63,822 nucleotides of DNA, filler included, from Welwitschia mirabilis (GCA_051453625.1; 4 parts of one record of this genome joined end to end with filler, not necessarily neighbours in it), one strand, 5' to 3'. Positions 12,570 through 25,669 are shown, counted from the first letter of the whole stretch. The notes: generated by a model from the letters alone, not told the origin. Made by a program: numbers and translations.

Positions 12570-14523
12570 TGTTACATTTTAAATTTTATAAACATTTAAT
12601 TATTTAAACATTAGATATGTTAATATTTTATAAAATCATATAATGCTTTTTTATTTAATTTTGATATGAAAAACCCCTTTAATTAAAGACTTTGTGGAAA
12701 ATGTTATTTACTTTTATAAGTAATAATGTTTTTATGTTTAATTAAAAATGATTTTAAAGAGGCATATTATGCTTAATTGTAATTTCTAGATATTTGTATA
12801 ATAATATGGGTAAATACCATTAATTTTTTGGCAATTCTACCTTTCTCTTTATGTTTGATTAGGTATATGAATGTTTTTATTTCATAGTTTATGTGAAAAC
12901 TAATAAATAAATAAAATCTATCAAAATGTTAAAGTCAATTAACTAGATCATTTTATGTAAAATATCCAACCTATATGTTGAAATTATTAAATTAAATAGT
13001 TAAAAGGGGTTATCAAATAATAATAACACATTTATACTAATAGAAAATGAAATCTTTTTTCTATTACTCATTTACACATGTATCTTATCGAAGTTTAAGC
13101 AGTAAAGATACCTGTAAACGTAAATGTTTAGTGTAGTTGGTAAAAGAAGCAAATAAAGTTTAAGTGTATTACACTTAACTATGACTTTTTATTTCTTGTG
13201 TTTTGTGTTCATGGATTTTTTGGATCTTGAAATTAATGATGATATAAACAAGTAGATACACTCTTATCCAGGAAGGATGAAATAATATATTTTTCTCTAC
13301 CATGACTTTTATGCTTATTGATATTTGTAAAAATGACTTGATTAATAAAATATTTATTTTCTTATTCATTGAATTTGCAAAGACTTTTTCCATTATGATA
13401 CATGGTAGTTTTTAAATTTGTGTCTAGAAAAAGAGTTATCTTTTCAAGGCATATTACATATTATTCAATGCATGTTTTGAATAAATTAGATATGATTGTA
13501 AGCCTATGAAGGATTAAAAAGGACTTAGCATAAGGGAATGACGTATTTAATTAACCTTGGCAACTAAATAAAAGACATTACTCATCTTAGGTAAGTACAT
13601 GTCATAAATCTCATTTCCTCTTATCATTCAATCAATATATCAATTTACCATTCCACACATCCATGTCATTTAACATTCCCTCTATTAACTTATTAATGAT
13701 CAATAGTATCCAATTTAATGTGATCAAGTTACCTTATGGATAAACTTATGTGCATATTTTTTATTAATTGAATCAACGGCCTTTGATCTTTCCTTTATCT
13801 ATAAATAAAACCCTTCCCTCTTTTGAAAAGTCACACATTTCATGTATGCTATCAAACTTTTTGCTTACTTTTAACTGTGGGGTTTAAAGAGTGGAGGTTT
13901 GAAGCTAAGGATCTTAGATCTCAGGCTTTTATCAAATCTTCATAAACTTTCTATTATATAATAGTTACCAATCATTTATCATTGTAGGTATGTTTGTTCA
14001 TTTATTTTGTTCTTTCTTGTCTTTTTTTGCTTTAAGAAAATTGGTTACATAGGACAGTATTTCCTTTTATATTCTATTAGACTATTGTATATTCTTATTA
14101 TAGTATTTCTTTTATTGAAATTATCCCTTTCATTAAGCTCAAATTAAGATTGGGAATATATTTGATGAATTTCTTTACATTCTTTGTTGGTGAGGTCTAC
14201 TAATGAAAGTAATTGATTAAGTGACTAGGAGTTCACATTAATGTTTGGCTACTAATTTTTCATACTATGTTATTAAACATTGAGTACATTTTATAAATTT
14301 ATTTTTCATTATATTTAAATTAAAATGATCAATGTAAAAGCATCTAGAACCATATCCTTACTAAGGCATGTGAACACTATGGTCCCATGCCTAGGGATAC
14401 ATAAAAACCCTAGCGATGTGCTTACCTTTATAAAGAAAGTTCATGAAATAAAGGGACAAGGAGAAATAGAATTTTGTTTCTTGAGAAATCTTGTTCTAAT
14501 CTTTGGACTGTTATTTCTCAGCA
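12570..14523 (+). repeat. ~1.95 kb LTR related to the Tekay-like LTR family at 33668-36962
   Basis: Starts TGTTACATTTTAAATTTTATAAAC, similar to the reverse complement of the 36962 end (TGTCATATCCCATATTTTATAAAC). 13500-13610 aligns by eye with the reverse complement of 41640-41760. TATA-like CTATAAATA at ~13800; ends ...CTCAGCA. Confidence 0.7.
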
Positions 14524-14525
14524 AA

Positions 14526-14537
14526 TGGTATTAGAGT
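14526..14537 (+). other. Primer-binding site, initiator tRNA-Met type
   Basis: TGGTATTAGAGT versus canonical TGGTATCAGAGC, 2 nt after the LTR-terminal CA. Confidence 0.65.
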
Positions 14538-14689
14538 CACGTTTTGCTCTTTGGTCTCCCTCCAATATTTATTTTTTAAATGGTTAATTTTACCCTTGTT
14601 TTAGGGCCTTAACAACTATATTTCTAAGTTATTTTTTTCCCAAAATGTTTTTGAAACGATGTTACCTTTTCCAAAGGTTTGATGTCACG

Positions 14690-15660
14690 TTAATTTTTCC
14701 TGGGCGGCGGCCTCCCTGTTGACTGCATGTTGCCACCCTGCTCGCCTGAATGGGTTGCAGCTTTACCTTGTGCCCTGCTCACCAGACCGCGCCAGCCTGA
14801 AGCCGTGTATAGCTCCGCTCTTCGCCTCAAATCCTGTCTCCGTGGTCCACTCGCCTTCTTTGTGTTTGCTTCACGAACTCCTATGAGCCTGTGTTTTGTG
14901 GCCTCTCTAACACCGTGCTCCTTCTTTCTCACTTCGCGTCTTAGCCTACATCCTATCAAGCCTTTGGTGCTCCTATGCTGCACCTGATTTGTTTTGTTCG
15001 CCACAGCGCACCTATTTTTGGCCTGTTTGGTTTCTAGCAGTTTTCACTGGCGCCGTCACCGTTGCGGTCCTGCATGATCCCTGTTGTGCTTGCGTCCGTT
15101 CTTGCGCTCTTCTCAGCACCTCCTCGCCGCTGTGTCTTTCGCGCCCTCACCGCCGTTCCTGCAACCATGCTTGCCTGTGCTGTGCCATATCTCTTGGGCC
15201 TGTCTCCGCCTGCACTTAACCGCAAGTCACCTCTGGTGCACTCGCCACTAGCTCTGTGCTGTTTGGCATGCCTCTGCTATGTCCGCCTTCCTAATGCTTC
15301 TTTCTGGCCGCCGCGCGGTGTTTCTGTCCCCTGTCTGCCTCTGTCTGCCTCTGTCTGCCACCCTGCCGAGGTTCTCTAACAGCCACCTGCTGCCTACTGC
15401 TGGCCTCTCTCCTCCGGCCCCAGTTCCTGAGACGCCATTGCTGCCTACCACCAGTCGCCATCCGCTGCCGCCCGTTCCTGCCTGCAACACCTCTTTGACC
15501 GTTCGTTGCTCAGCCACTGTTCTTGCTGCAATAGCCTGCTTGTCCATCGCGCCATCCACTGCTTGTCCTCTGCACGACTGCCTTGACCTGCCAACTCGGA
15601 GCATCCCTTGCATGCTGACACATTGCAGCCCACATTGCAGCCCACACTTCATATGGACAC
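14690..15660 (+). other. GC-rich, CpG-retaining pyrimidine-biased segment in the 5' internal region of an LTR element
   Basis: Abrupt shift from very AT-rich flanks to C/T-rich sequence with many CG dinucleotides and CTGCC repeats. It lies ~150 bp after a PBS; overlapping ORFs in all frames show no recognisable domain. Confidence 0.55.
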
Positions 15661-16132
15661 ATCATACACTTTGTCTCATGTTTATGTATTAATGTTATTA
15701 TTTAGAAAGTTATGAGATTAGAACACTTTGTGCCAAAAAGTAATGTTAGTATCCCTTATAAGAAATTATATTCCGCATGCATTAGAAAAAGAGGAATAAC
15801 TCCAAATTTTTTAATATAATTACAATATTGATGTAGAAATGCATAAGATTGATGCTTAAGATGAATGAAATGCTACAAAAAGTTTTCTAGAAGTTTTATA
15901 TGATTTTTGCTTAACAATTCAATTTATTTTTCTTTAGTAATAGTTGAATCCTATTTAAATTCACTCATATATGTGTTTTCATGGAATAATAAAGAAAATT
16001 TATTGAAGTCTTTTGTTTATTTTTAGATTTCAAAATAAGGCATAGATCTGTTTAAAGAACTATTAGATTTCTAATAAAAAGTTTAAGAATTAGCAAATTT
16101 GAGGTTGAATCTTGAATATTTTAAGTTGCATG

Positions 16133-17888
16133 TATTTACGAGATTTTTTCTCTCTCGTAAATAAGGGATTAGTTTTAGTGTTACGCGATGATAGGTAACT
16201 TTGGTGGTTTGACAGCGATTTGAGCGAGTTTAAGCTAAACTTAATGGCTTGACCTGGTTTGATTGAAGTTGACCAACTTTGACTATGTTTGACTCTGTTG
16301 ACTAACTTAGACTTACCTTGACTAACTATGTTTGACAAATTTTGACTGACTTTGACTGTTTGACTAGGTTGATGAATTTGATTAGCTTTGACTGACTTTG
16401 ACTGGGTTGACTATGATTGACTGATTTTGTTTTGACAGAGTTTGGGAACTTGGCCCTGACGTTGTGACATTTTCTTGCAATTTATTCTAGGCCTAAAATT
16501 TTTACTTATAGTGAAAACTTAAATGCATATAACTGAGTTCTAATCTAAATATTTAGAACTTAATAATGGTAAAAATCTAATAGAATATACTTTTTTATCT
16601 TTTCGGAATATAGAAATTTTTGTGATTTTTTTTTTGGTGATTTTAAGAGAATGAAAAATGAGCAAAGTGAGGTGTCAATAATAATGGAAATTTAATGCCT
16701 AAACTAGACAAAGACTAAGTTTAAAACATGATTTTAAAAATATATATATTAAAAAAAAGTTTTATTTTTTTTTTAAAAATTAAAAGGGATTTTTTTTTTG
16801 GGGAAACATAAGATTTAATTCTAATTAATAGCTTTAAAGAAAAAGTCCTTTTTAATAAAAAATTTTTTTCTAAGTTTCTTTAAGAAAAAAAAATCAAATC
16901 TAAGTTTCTTTAAGAAAAAAAATCAAATGTACAACTTGATTTAAAGAAAACTATTTATTTTTACTTTAAAAAAATGCTTATAAGAAAAAAAGAAAAAGAA
17001 AAAAGTAAAAATAAAAATCAAAGTGAAATAGGGAAAACTAGACTTTTTTCTTTTTTTCTTTCTGCTCCTTCCTTGATTGGCCTCTTCCATTTCATTCTTA
17101 TGTTCTTGTGCTATGTGTTTTCTTTCGTTCCTCACATTCTCGAGTTATTTCTCCTTTCTTCCTTCTTATGCTATTGCCTATTTTTATGCTGATTGTATTT
17201 GATTCTTTTTAGGNNNNNNNNNNNNNNNNNNNNNNNNNNNNNNNNNNNNNNNNNNNNNNNNNNNNNNNNNNNNNNNNNNNNNNNNNNNNNNNNNNNNNNN
17301 NNNNNNNNNNNNNCTTAAAAAAAATTCAAATTTGTAACTGTTTTTTAAAAAAATATTTAAATGGTCCCTTTCTTTTTAAAAAAACAAAATGCCTTAAAAA
17401 AACCTTGATTTTTTTTCTTTCTGCCCTGCTCGTCCTCTCCTTTCTACATTTTTGTTGTGATGTTTTCATGCCTTTATTGAGAGGTACTACTCATCTGCAG
17501 TTTTGTAGATCCTCTCTATCACAGCTTCTTCTGTTAGCGCTCTCAGACTCGCTTTGTTCTGCAATGAAGTGCATGATTTTTGCACTCTCCTTACACATTG
17601 GGTATCGCCTAGCTCGTCCTTTCTTGGCTGGTCCCTTTTTATTGCTGCTTGTTTCTGCTTGCTCTAGTCCATTCATTACGTTCCCACGATTTCTTGCTTG
17701 TGCGTTTTCTTTTTTATGCCGTCACGTTCTCCTGTTGATGCGCTATGTTTTTTCTTTTTGGTTTTTTCATTGCGTTTGGGCACTTCCTTCCCTTCTATGT
17801 GCCTCGGTCGCCATCCTTTACTGATAGCCGTCCTCCATCACTATGATGCCACCCTCTGCTATAGTATCTAAGAACGCGCATTGTGACA
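16133..17888 (-). repeat. 3' LTR of Tat-group element
   Basis: Aligns with 28460-29774 (TATTTACGAGATTTTTTCTCTCTCGTAAATAAGGGATTAG vs TATTCAAGAGATTTTTTCTCTCTCATAAATAAGGGATTAG). Ends TTGTGACA at 17888 next to the PPT; contains a 100-N gap. Confidence 0.85.
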
Positions 17889-17901
17889 GTTGCCCCCTTT
17901 T
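17889..17901 (-). other. Polypurine tract
   Basis: Minus strand AAAAGGGGGCAAC immediately before the LTR start TGTCACAA. Confidence 0.8.
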
Positions 17902-20079
17902 GGCATGAGGTGAAAGATGAGCCTCATGTCAAAAATCATCATGCACTTGTTTGGAGCTTTTTCNNNNNNNNNNNNNNNNNNNNNNNNNNNNNNNNNNNNN
18001 NNNNNNNNNNNNNNNNNNNNNNNNNNNNNNNNNNNNNNNNNNNNNNNNNNNNNNNNNNNNNNNNNNNNNNNNNNNNNNNNNNNNNNNNNNNNNNNNNNNN
18101 NNNNNNNNNNNNNNNNNNNNNNNNNNNNNNNNNNNNNNNNNNNNNNNNNNNNNNNNNNNNNNNNNNNNNNNNNNNNNNNNNNNNNNNNNNNNNNNNNNNN
18201 GATTCTCACTGCATTACAAGGTAGAAAAGGGAGTAATGAAAGGGAGGAATTCCAAAAGATAATAAGTTAACTGGAAAGTGGATTAGTCTTAAGCAGGTAA
18301 GAGTAAACACAACATTAACTTTGAGGTAATTAATCACAAATACCATGAAAAGATTAGGTGAAGATAGAAAAACAGGGCATGAAGAAGATTGGTTTTTACA
18401 CCTCTAAATGCCAATGTACCAAAGTTTGTTGGTATGGATTATAATGTTATTCAATGTCATTAACGTGTGGTTCGATGTTAAATAAAATAGAGTATCATGT
18501 AATAAAGGCAGTAATTATGACAATGCCTATGATTATCCTATGAAGTATCAATATCATATCTAGACTATAACTTAATCCAATCATCGGCTATGATAAGAAA
18601 TGAGATCTTACTAACTTACCACCCAATGACCAATATGCTCTAAATGCTCATGAAGTCATAGCTTTAGAGTAATGGAAAAATCAAACCAATGGGGTGTTTA
18701 AAGAACACCATCCATCATAATGAGGGAAGCACATCCACTACCAAGAGTGTAACCCTCTTAGGAATATTTGCCTCGGTGCGCTTGCGGTAGGATATAATGA
18801 GATATATATATTTCTCTTTTTTCCTCTTTTTTCCCTTCTCTTTTTTTATTTTTCTTTTTTTTTAATCAATTGGCTTGGATTCTTTTTTTTTTTAATTTTT
18901 AAACATCGCTTGACCATTAGAATAGTAAATTATAAAGATCACAGCTGAAGTTAATCATTAGGCTTAACATAACTGATGCTAATATAGAATAATTTAAGAC
19001 ATTGAAGGTCTAGACATGGAAATGTCTTAAGAGTGAGTAAAATCCAATCTTACCACTATAAACGTCTAAAGTAGAAAACTACTTTGATGAAACTTGAATA
19101 TGATTTAACACAAGACTAAATGAATGGATGATTGAATAAAGAAATGGCCTTAACCAAGAAACCATGATAAGGAGTCATTTAGCTAAAGGTGAAAGCAAAA
19201 TCACATCTCTCAATTGAGATGATCTTCCTACTCAATTGCTTTTATTATGCCGATAGCATATTAGTTATCAACTAATATAGTCTCAACTATTGTCATTAAC
19301 CCTAAGGTTTTCATAGCATCTAAATTAAGAACCTTAATAAAGTCATCTAAAATGCACTTTTCTATAAGATAAAGATTTAGCCACTTAGAAGTTAATGCAT
19401 TATAAAGAGGTATCTAATAGAATCTACAATAAAAAGAAGTAGATAATTTTTTTTCTTTTTTCTCTGACTTTGTTCTTTTCTTTTTTCTTTTTTTTATTAT
19501 CAAACAAACACACACACATAAACACACAAACACAAACAAACACACACAAACACACACACTCNNNNNNNNNNNNNNNNNNNNNNNNNNNNNNNNNNNNNNN
19601 NNNNNNNNNNNNNNNNNNNNNNNNNNNNNNNNNNNNNNNNNNNNNNNNNNNNNNNNNNNNNNNNNNNNNNNNNNNNNNNNNNNNNNNNNNNNNNNNNNNN
19701 NNNNNNNNNNNNNNNNNNNNNNNNNNNNNNNNNNNNNNNNNNNNNNNNNNNNNNNNNNNNNNNNNNNNNNNNNNNNNNNATCTTATCATTATCGACTTCT
19801 GTGGATGGAGCCTCATGGAATGGAATGTTAATCACAGCAAAGTTTGGTGCCCTTCGATACAAAGGAGAAAAGGATGGAAGATAATCATTATTCATAGTTT
19901 GGACTTCAAATACAGAAAACGAAATGTGGACTTTGTGTGATGCGAGGAAAAGGGCCTATTTTATTCTGCATGAAAACCTATATATATACACAATGAGAAA
20001 TTGTGAAAACTTACTAACGAAAATATAGAAACAACTAAATTTCAATGTGAAACAAAAATGATATGTGTTTTAAACTTTA

Positions 20080-21191
20080 TTTTACTAATAATAAGGTCGA
20101 AGATATAAAGAATTTATCTGTTCACTTTCTTCAACACCATTTAAACTCCTTAGTTTATATGTTTCCTTGTTAAATTTTTGCAAGATAATGAATGGTCCTA
20201 ACCAATTTGGTGAAAACTTTAAAGTCTTTTTAGTTAAGTTTGCTTTCAACACTTATTTGCCTATATCATAAGATCTTAGATTCATGTGCTTATTATATGC
20301 ATTATTGATTCACTTCTGGTAGACTTGGATTTGTTGCAAGGCTTTTACTCGCTTCTCATCTAAAGTTTCAAATTGTGCAAGTCACATTTTCTTTTCCATA
20401 TCAGATAACTCTAGATTCTTAACTAACATTTTTAATATGGGAATCTGAATTTGAGTGGGCAAGATTACTTTAATACTATAGACTAGTTGAAACAGTGTTG
20501 TCCCTATAGCAGTTTTTACTGCAGTGCAGTAAGCCCATAACGCTGAAGGAAATTTATCATGCCATAACTTCATATTCCTTTATAATAACTTCTTAAGATA
20601 TTTTATGACCAATTTATTTGTAGCTTCGGCTTGTCCATTTGCTTGAGGATAAGGTGGTGTCAAAAAGAAATGGCATAATAGAACCGATTAAATTCATACC
20701 CCATTTTCTGAAAACCCAAATTGGATTAGAAGGAAAAAGATTAGTAGACAGATAATGTATTCTCAATGAAAAGATCTAACAGATATGACATGTTGTTATT
20801 AGCTTAAAAAAGTCATCACTCATTATTTTCCAGAAATAGCCAGACTGTAATACATGATCTAATAGTGATCTTATTCCCTGGTGGGGCCTACATAGTCTAC
20901 CAGGGGTCTCTTTTAGGACATGAGTAGCTTCACTTAATTTTAGGCATCTTAATAGGATACCTTCGTTTAACTTCTTATATAATTGACCTTGAATTAGGGC
21001 AAAGCACATTACTTGATCCCTAAAGTTTCACTTCTATAATGAAGAGAGATTTTCAAGGAGCTTTTGATTAATGAAGTAATCTAGTAAAGTGTCATACCAC
21101 TCATTATTTGCTTTAGGATCCTTTATTAATTGACTTACCTCATCTTGTGATAGGTTTAGATAAGCAGTCACTTAATGGTCATCAAGAAAAT
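20080..21191 (-). pseudogene. Second, internally deleted copy of Tat integrase including C-terminal GPY/F motif
   Basis: QGQLYKKLNEGILLRCL..HQG..LQSGYFW..CHIC joins almost directly to PQANGQAEATNKLV, then WHDKFPSALWAYCTAVKTAIGTT and KFSPNWLGPFII. Confidence 0.8.
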
Positions 21192-21291
21192 NNNNNNNNN
21201 NNNNNNNNNNNNNNNNNNNNNNNNNNNNNNNNNNNNNNNNNNNNNNNNNNNNNNNNNNNNNNNNNNNNNNNNNNNNNNNNNNNNNNNNNNN

Positions 21292-22300
21292 TTTTTAGTT
21301 AAGTTTGCTTTCAACACTCATTACTTATATCACAATATCTTTGATTCACATGTTTATTGTATGCATTACTGATTTGTTTCTGATAGAGTTGGATATGTTG
21401 CAAGGCTTTTATTTGTTTTTCATATAAAGTTTCAAGTTGTGCAAGTCGCATTTACTTTTTTATATCAAATAACTCTAGATCCTTAACTAGTGTTTTTAAT
21501 GTGAGAATCTATACTTGAGTGGGCAAGATCACTTTAGTACCATAGATGAGTTGAAACGATGTTGTCCCTATAGAAGTTTTTACTGCAGTGCGGTAAGTCC
21601 ATAATGTTAAAGACAATTTCTCATGCCATGAATTTGTATTCCTTTGTAAGAGTATCTTGAGATAATTTTTGATTAACTTATTTGTAGCTTCAGCTTGTCC
21701 ATTTACTTGAGGATAATATGGTATCGAAAAAGACTGTTTTATCCCAAATTTGCTCAAGAAATTTTTCAATTCTAATGATTTAAATTATGGACCATTATCA
21801 ATGACGATGACATAAGGTATGTCAAATCTAGCAATGATGTGATCAATGATGAAATTTTGAATCTGCTTTAATGTTGTTTTCCGTAATGGAACTGCTTTGA
21901 TCTATTTAGAAAAGTATTCTATTGCAGTAAGGATGAATGCATGTTGACCTGATGAGGTAGGCATAATAGGACCAATTAAATCTATACCCCATTTTCTAAA
22001 GACCCAAATTGGATCAAAAGAAAAAAGCTCAGTAGGTGGTTGATGTATTCTTATTGAAAAGATCTGACAAGTATGACATGTTTTGACTATCTTGAAATAA
22101 TCATTATTCATTATTTTCCAAAAATAACCAAATTGTAACACATGACCTAACAGTGATTTTGCCCCCTGATGGGGCCCACATAGTCTAGCATGGATTTCTT
22201 TTAGAACATAAGCAGCTTCACTTGATTTTAGACATCTTAATAGGATACCTTCATTTGACTTATTATATAATTGACCTTGAATTAGGGTAAAGTGTGTTGC
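21292..22300 (-). pseudogene. Tat integrase
   Basis: ORF fragments GYFWKIM..CHTCQ, FRKWGIDLIGP, LTAIEYFSK, PYYPQVNGQAEATNK, WHEKLSLTLWTYRT. Confidence 0.9.
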
Positions 22301-22539
22301 TTAATTCCTAAAGTTTTACTTTTATAATGAAGAAAGATTTTTGGGTAGCCTTTGATCAGTGAAGTAGTCTAGCAAAGTATTATACCATTCATTATTTTCT
22401 TTAGTATCTTTTATCAATTGACGTATCTCATCTCGTGATAGCTCTAGATAAGCAGTCATCTGATGTTCATCAAGGAAATTTTGGCTAATGTACATGCATG
22501 TGACATACTCTTTAAGGGATGAATCCCTAAAACAAATTT

Positions 22540-22905
22540 GTGCAATGTTTATAAGATAATCTGCAAATTAATTTTCATTTCTAGAAATTTTTAGAAGTTT
22601 ACATGCCTTAAATAATGCAAGAATATTTCTTACTCTATGCATCTAGGATTCCTGATCTAGCTTCGTACTTACCTAAGACTTGGTTGACAACTAATTGCTA
22701 GTCATAAAAAATGCATAACTTCTTGAAACTTGTTTGAATGGCTAGCATGATTTCTCTTATCAAAGCCTCATATTTAGCAATGTTTTTTGTGTAATGAAAG
22801 TTTAGTTTAAAAGAGAATGGAAAGCTTGTTTTGTTATTGAGGAAGAAGACTACTCCTGCAAATCTACCATTTCAGTTAGATGCACCATCAAAAAACATCA
22901 ATGCA
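22540..22905 (-). pseudogene. Additional (archaeal-type) RNase H domain, aRH
   Basis: Minus strand MFFDGASN*NG..AGVV, FKLNFHYTKNIAKYEALI, QLVVNQV and SRNEN..ADYL match the aRH motifs FDGAS / TNNxAEYEAL / DSQLVVNQ / RxxNxxADxLA. Confidence 0.8.
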
Positions 22906-22999
22906 TCCTAATTTTTTTTGATTTCGACAATGTAAATTTCTTCATCAGGGAATTGCTCAAATTCACTTGAGGTTTCATCTTCAAATTCTATTAGTAGAT

Positions 23000-24420
23000 C
23001 TACCATTTTTTTAGCTACGCATTTACCCTTGACTAATTTTTTAGATTAGAATTTTAAGTTGAATTCAGTGAGAATTGATGCCCATTCCAAATCGATGCCC
23101 ATTTCATTAAACATGTGCTATTCAAGTAGATGTTTGAGCAAATTCAGATTGTCGATCACAATTATTTTATTTGCCATCATATAATGATAAAACTTTTGTA
23201 AAGAAAAAACTAAACTCAAACATGCCTTTTTTGCTTCAGTGTAATTTCTCTCATATTGATGTAGTATCCTACTGATGTAATAAATTGATAATCTCGATGT
23301 AATTCATCACATTGAAAGATCATTGCACTAACTGATAATGATGTATATGCTAATTAAAGATAGGATGATTGATCAAGCTTAGGTGGACTTAAAATAGGGG
23401 TGGATGTCAAATATTCCTTAATTCTATTAAAAGCCTTTTAACAATTTTCATCTCACTTAAATTTTTTATCTTCTTGAGTAGATGCATAAATGGTTTACAT
23501 CGATATGTCAAGTTGAAATAAATCGACGTATTGCTTGTAGTCTACTTTGGAGACTATATAACTATTTCAAGTTGCATGGTAATGGCATATTGGTAATTGC
23601 CTTGATTTTGTCAGGATTAATTTCTATGCCTCATTTCAATACTATGAATCCTAGGAGTTTTCCTGATGGCATACCAAATACATATTTCTTTGGATTTAGG
23701 CACAAATTATATCATCTTACTTATGTAAATAGTTGATTTAGGTCATTAGGATAATTGACAATTATCTTTGACTAAATCACAACACCATCAATGTAGTCTT
23801 CCATGTTGCAGTCAATCATGTTTTAAAAGATATGTGTCATTAAATATTGGTAGGTTGCACTAGCATTCTTTAATTTGAAAGGCATTATGACATAATAGAA
23901 GAGACCTCATGGCATTATAAAAGGTATTTTGTGCTAGTCTACAAGATTAATAAATATCTAATTGTAACCTAAGTAACCATCCATAAATGATAAGAGGTCA
24001 TAACCAGTAGTGTTATCTACTGAGATGTCGATGTTTGACAAAGGATAATCATGCTTTAGGGTAACCTTGTTTAGATCAAAGTAGTTGATACAAATCCTAA
24101 TTTAGCCATTCTTATTTAGAATGACCATCATATTTGATAGCCAATCTGAGTAGTCTACTGATTAGATAAAACAGGCAGTCAAAAGACACTTTAGATCTTG
24201 TTTCACTACTAATGCAAGGTAAGGATTTAGATTTCTAACCTTTTATCTAACTAGAATTAAGTTTGACTTTAGAATGATATTATGCATAACTATTGATTTA
24301 TTGATTTTTTCCATATCTTTGTAATGAGAGGAAAGATATTCCTATTGGAAGATAGCACATTTTCAAGCTCATATTTGGTTTGTTGTGGTAGTTGTTCATT
24401 GATCTTAAGAGATTTTTCTT
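23000..24420 (-). pseudogene. Tat reverse transcriptase and RNase H
   Basis: DWLSNMMV..KNG*IRICINYFDLNK, LLSFMDGYLGYN*I, MPFKLKNASATYQ, EDYIDG (YxDD), NPKKYVFG..GKLLGF, RNYTEAKKACLSLVF. Confidence 0.88.
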
Positions 24421-25206
24421 AACTAATGAGATCTATGAGGAAGTTATATGTTATAACATCCTATTATTTCACTAGAGATGATTTTTCATTTTGTGACTTC
24501 ATTATTTCATATGCCTCAGAGTTCTCACTTATTTGTTCTTGATTTAAGAAGATACAAGGTTTTCCTATAAAATCACTATACTTAAAATGTACAAGGTTAA
24601 GATTGACATACCTTTCGATAGGTTAACCATCAAGGGTGAAATGCAGGGGTTTATTCAATTGACTCCTCATTGTGATGTCCTACAAGCTAAGAAAATGACA
24701 TTAAAACAACAACAACAAGGGACAAATTAAAAGCAGAAATTGAAAAACATCTCAAACTACTTTAATTGAAAGATTTGAAAAATAAAAACATAAACTATTT
24801 TAGAAGAGACTTTTCTCTTTTAGGTTTTGAAATATAAACATTTTTAAACATTATGCTTTGTGAATGTTCATGAGTAGTGTGATAGGCAAAGGCTTTTTCT
24901 TAGCCATCCAGACTTTGCTTGGATGTGCGAACTCATTTTGTGTGAGGTACTTTAACTATTAAGGACTTTAACCTTTGCATTTTAACTAGATAAATGACCC
25001 AGCATACCTTTTTCTTTTTTTATCTATGTTTTCTTTCTTGTTTTTATTTTTTTTTTTGTTTCATTATTTTTTTGGTCATGTGTTTTGTTCACTTTCTTTT
25101 TTTTTGGTATATTTTTTTTGTATATACACATATGTACATGTTTTATTTTTGTGTTTTTAATTTTTTTTGTTTTGAGTTTTTTCTGTTTTTTTGGGTTTTA
25201 AATAAG

Positions 25207-25212
<6 letters not shown>

Positions 25213-25288
<76 letters not shown>

Positions 25289-25388
25289 NNNNNNNNNNNN
25301 NNNNNNNNNNNNNNNNNNNNNNNNNNNNNNNNNNNNNNNNNNNNNNNNNNNNNNNNNNNNNNNNNNNNNNNNNNNNNNNNNNNNNNNN

Positions 25389-25437
<49 letters not shown>
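25213..25437. repeat. (CT)n microsatellite spanning a gap
   Basis: Long CT runs on both sides of the N gap. Confidence 0.95.
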
Positions 25438-25438
<1 letters not shown>

Positions 25439-25669
25439 GGTTGAGAATTTTAAATCATGAGCTAATTGGAAAATCATTTGAGAGGAATGGAATCCATTCA
25501 TGTTTAAGATTTAAGTGTCAGAAATGGATGAGAAATTCATATTATGAGGGTCCACTGGATCATGTTCAAAATGTAAGAAAGAAATAGTTATCTTCTCAGG
25601 TGTAGGAGGCAGTGATAGAGAAGATGACATTTATGGTGCTTTTACATTTGACATAGTATGATTTTGTTC

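Noticed and set aside
14690..15692. Multiple overlapping 60-137 aa ORFs on both strands
   Set aside because: Expected from high GC and low stop frequency; low-complexity translations with no domain; located just behind an LTR and PBS.
24994..25587. 197-aa Phe/Leu-Ser-rich ORF resembling a membrane protein
   Set aside because: It is the translation of T-rich sequence, a (CT)n microsatellite and an N gap.
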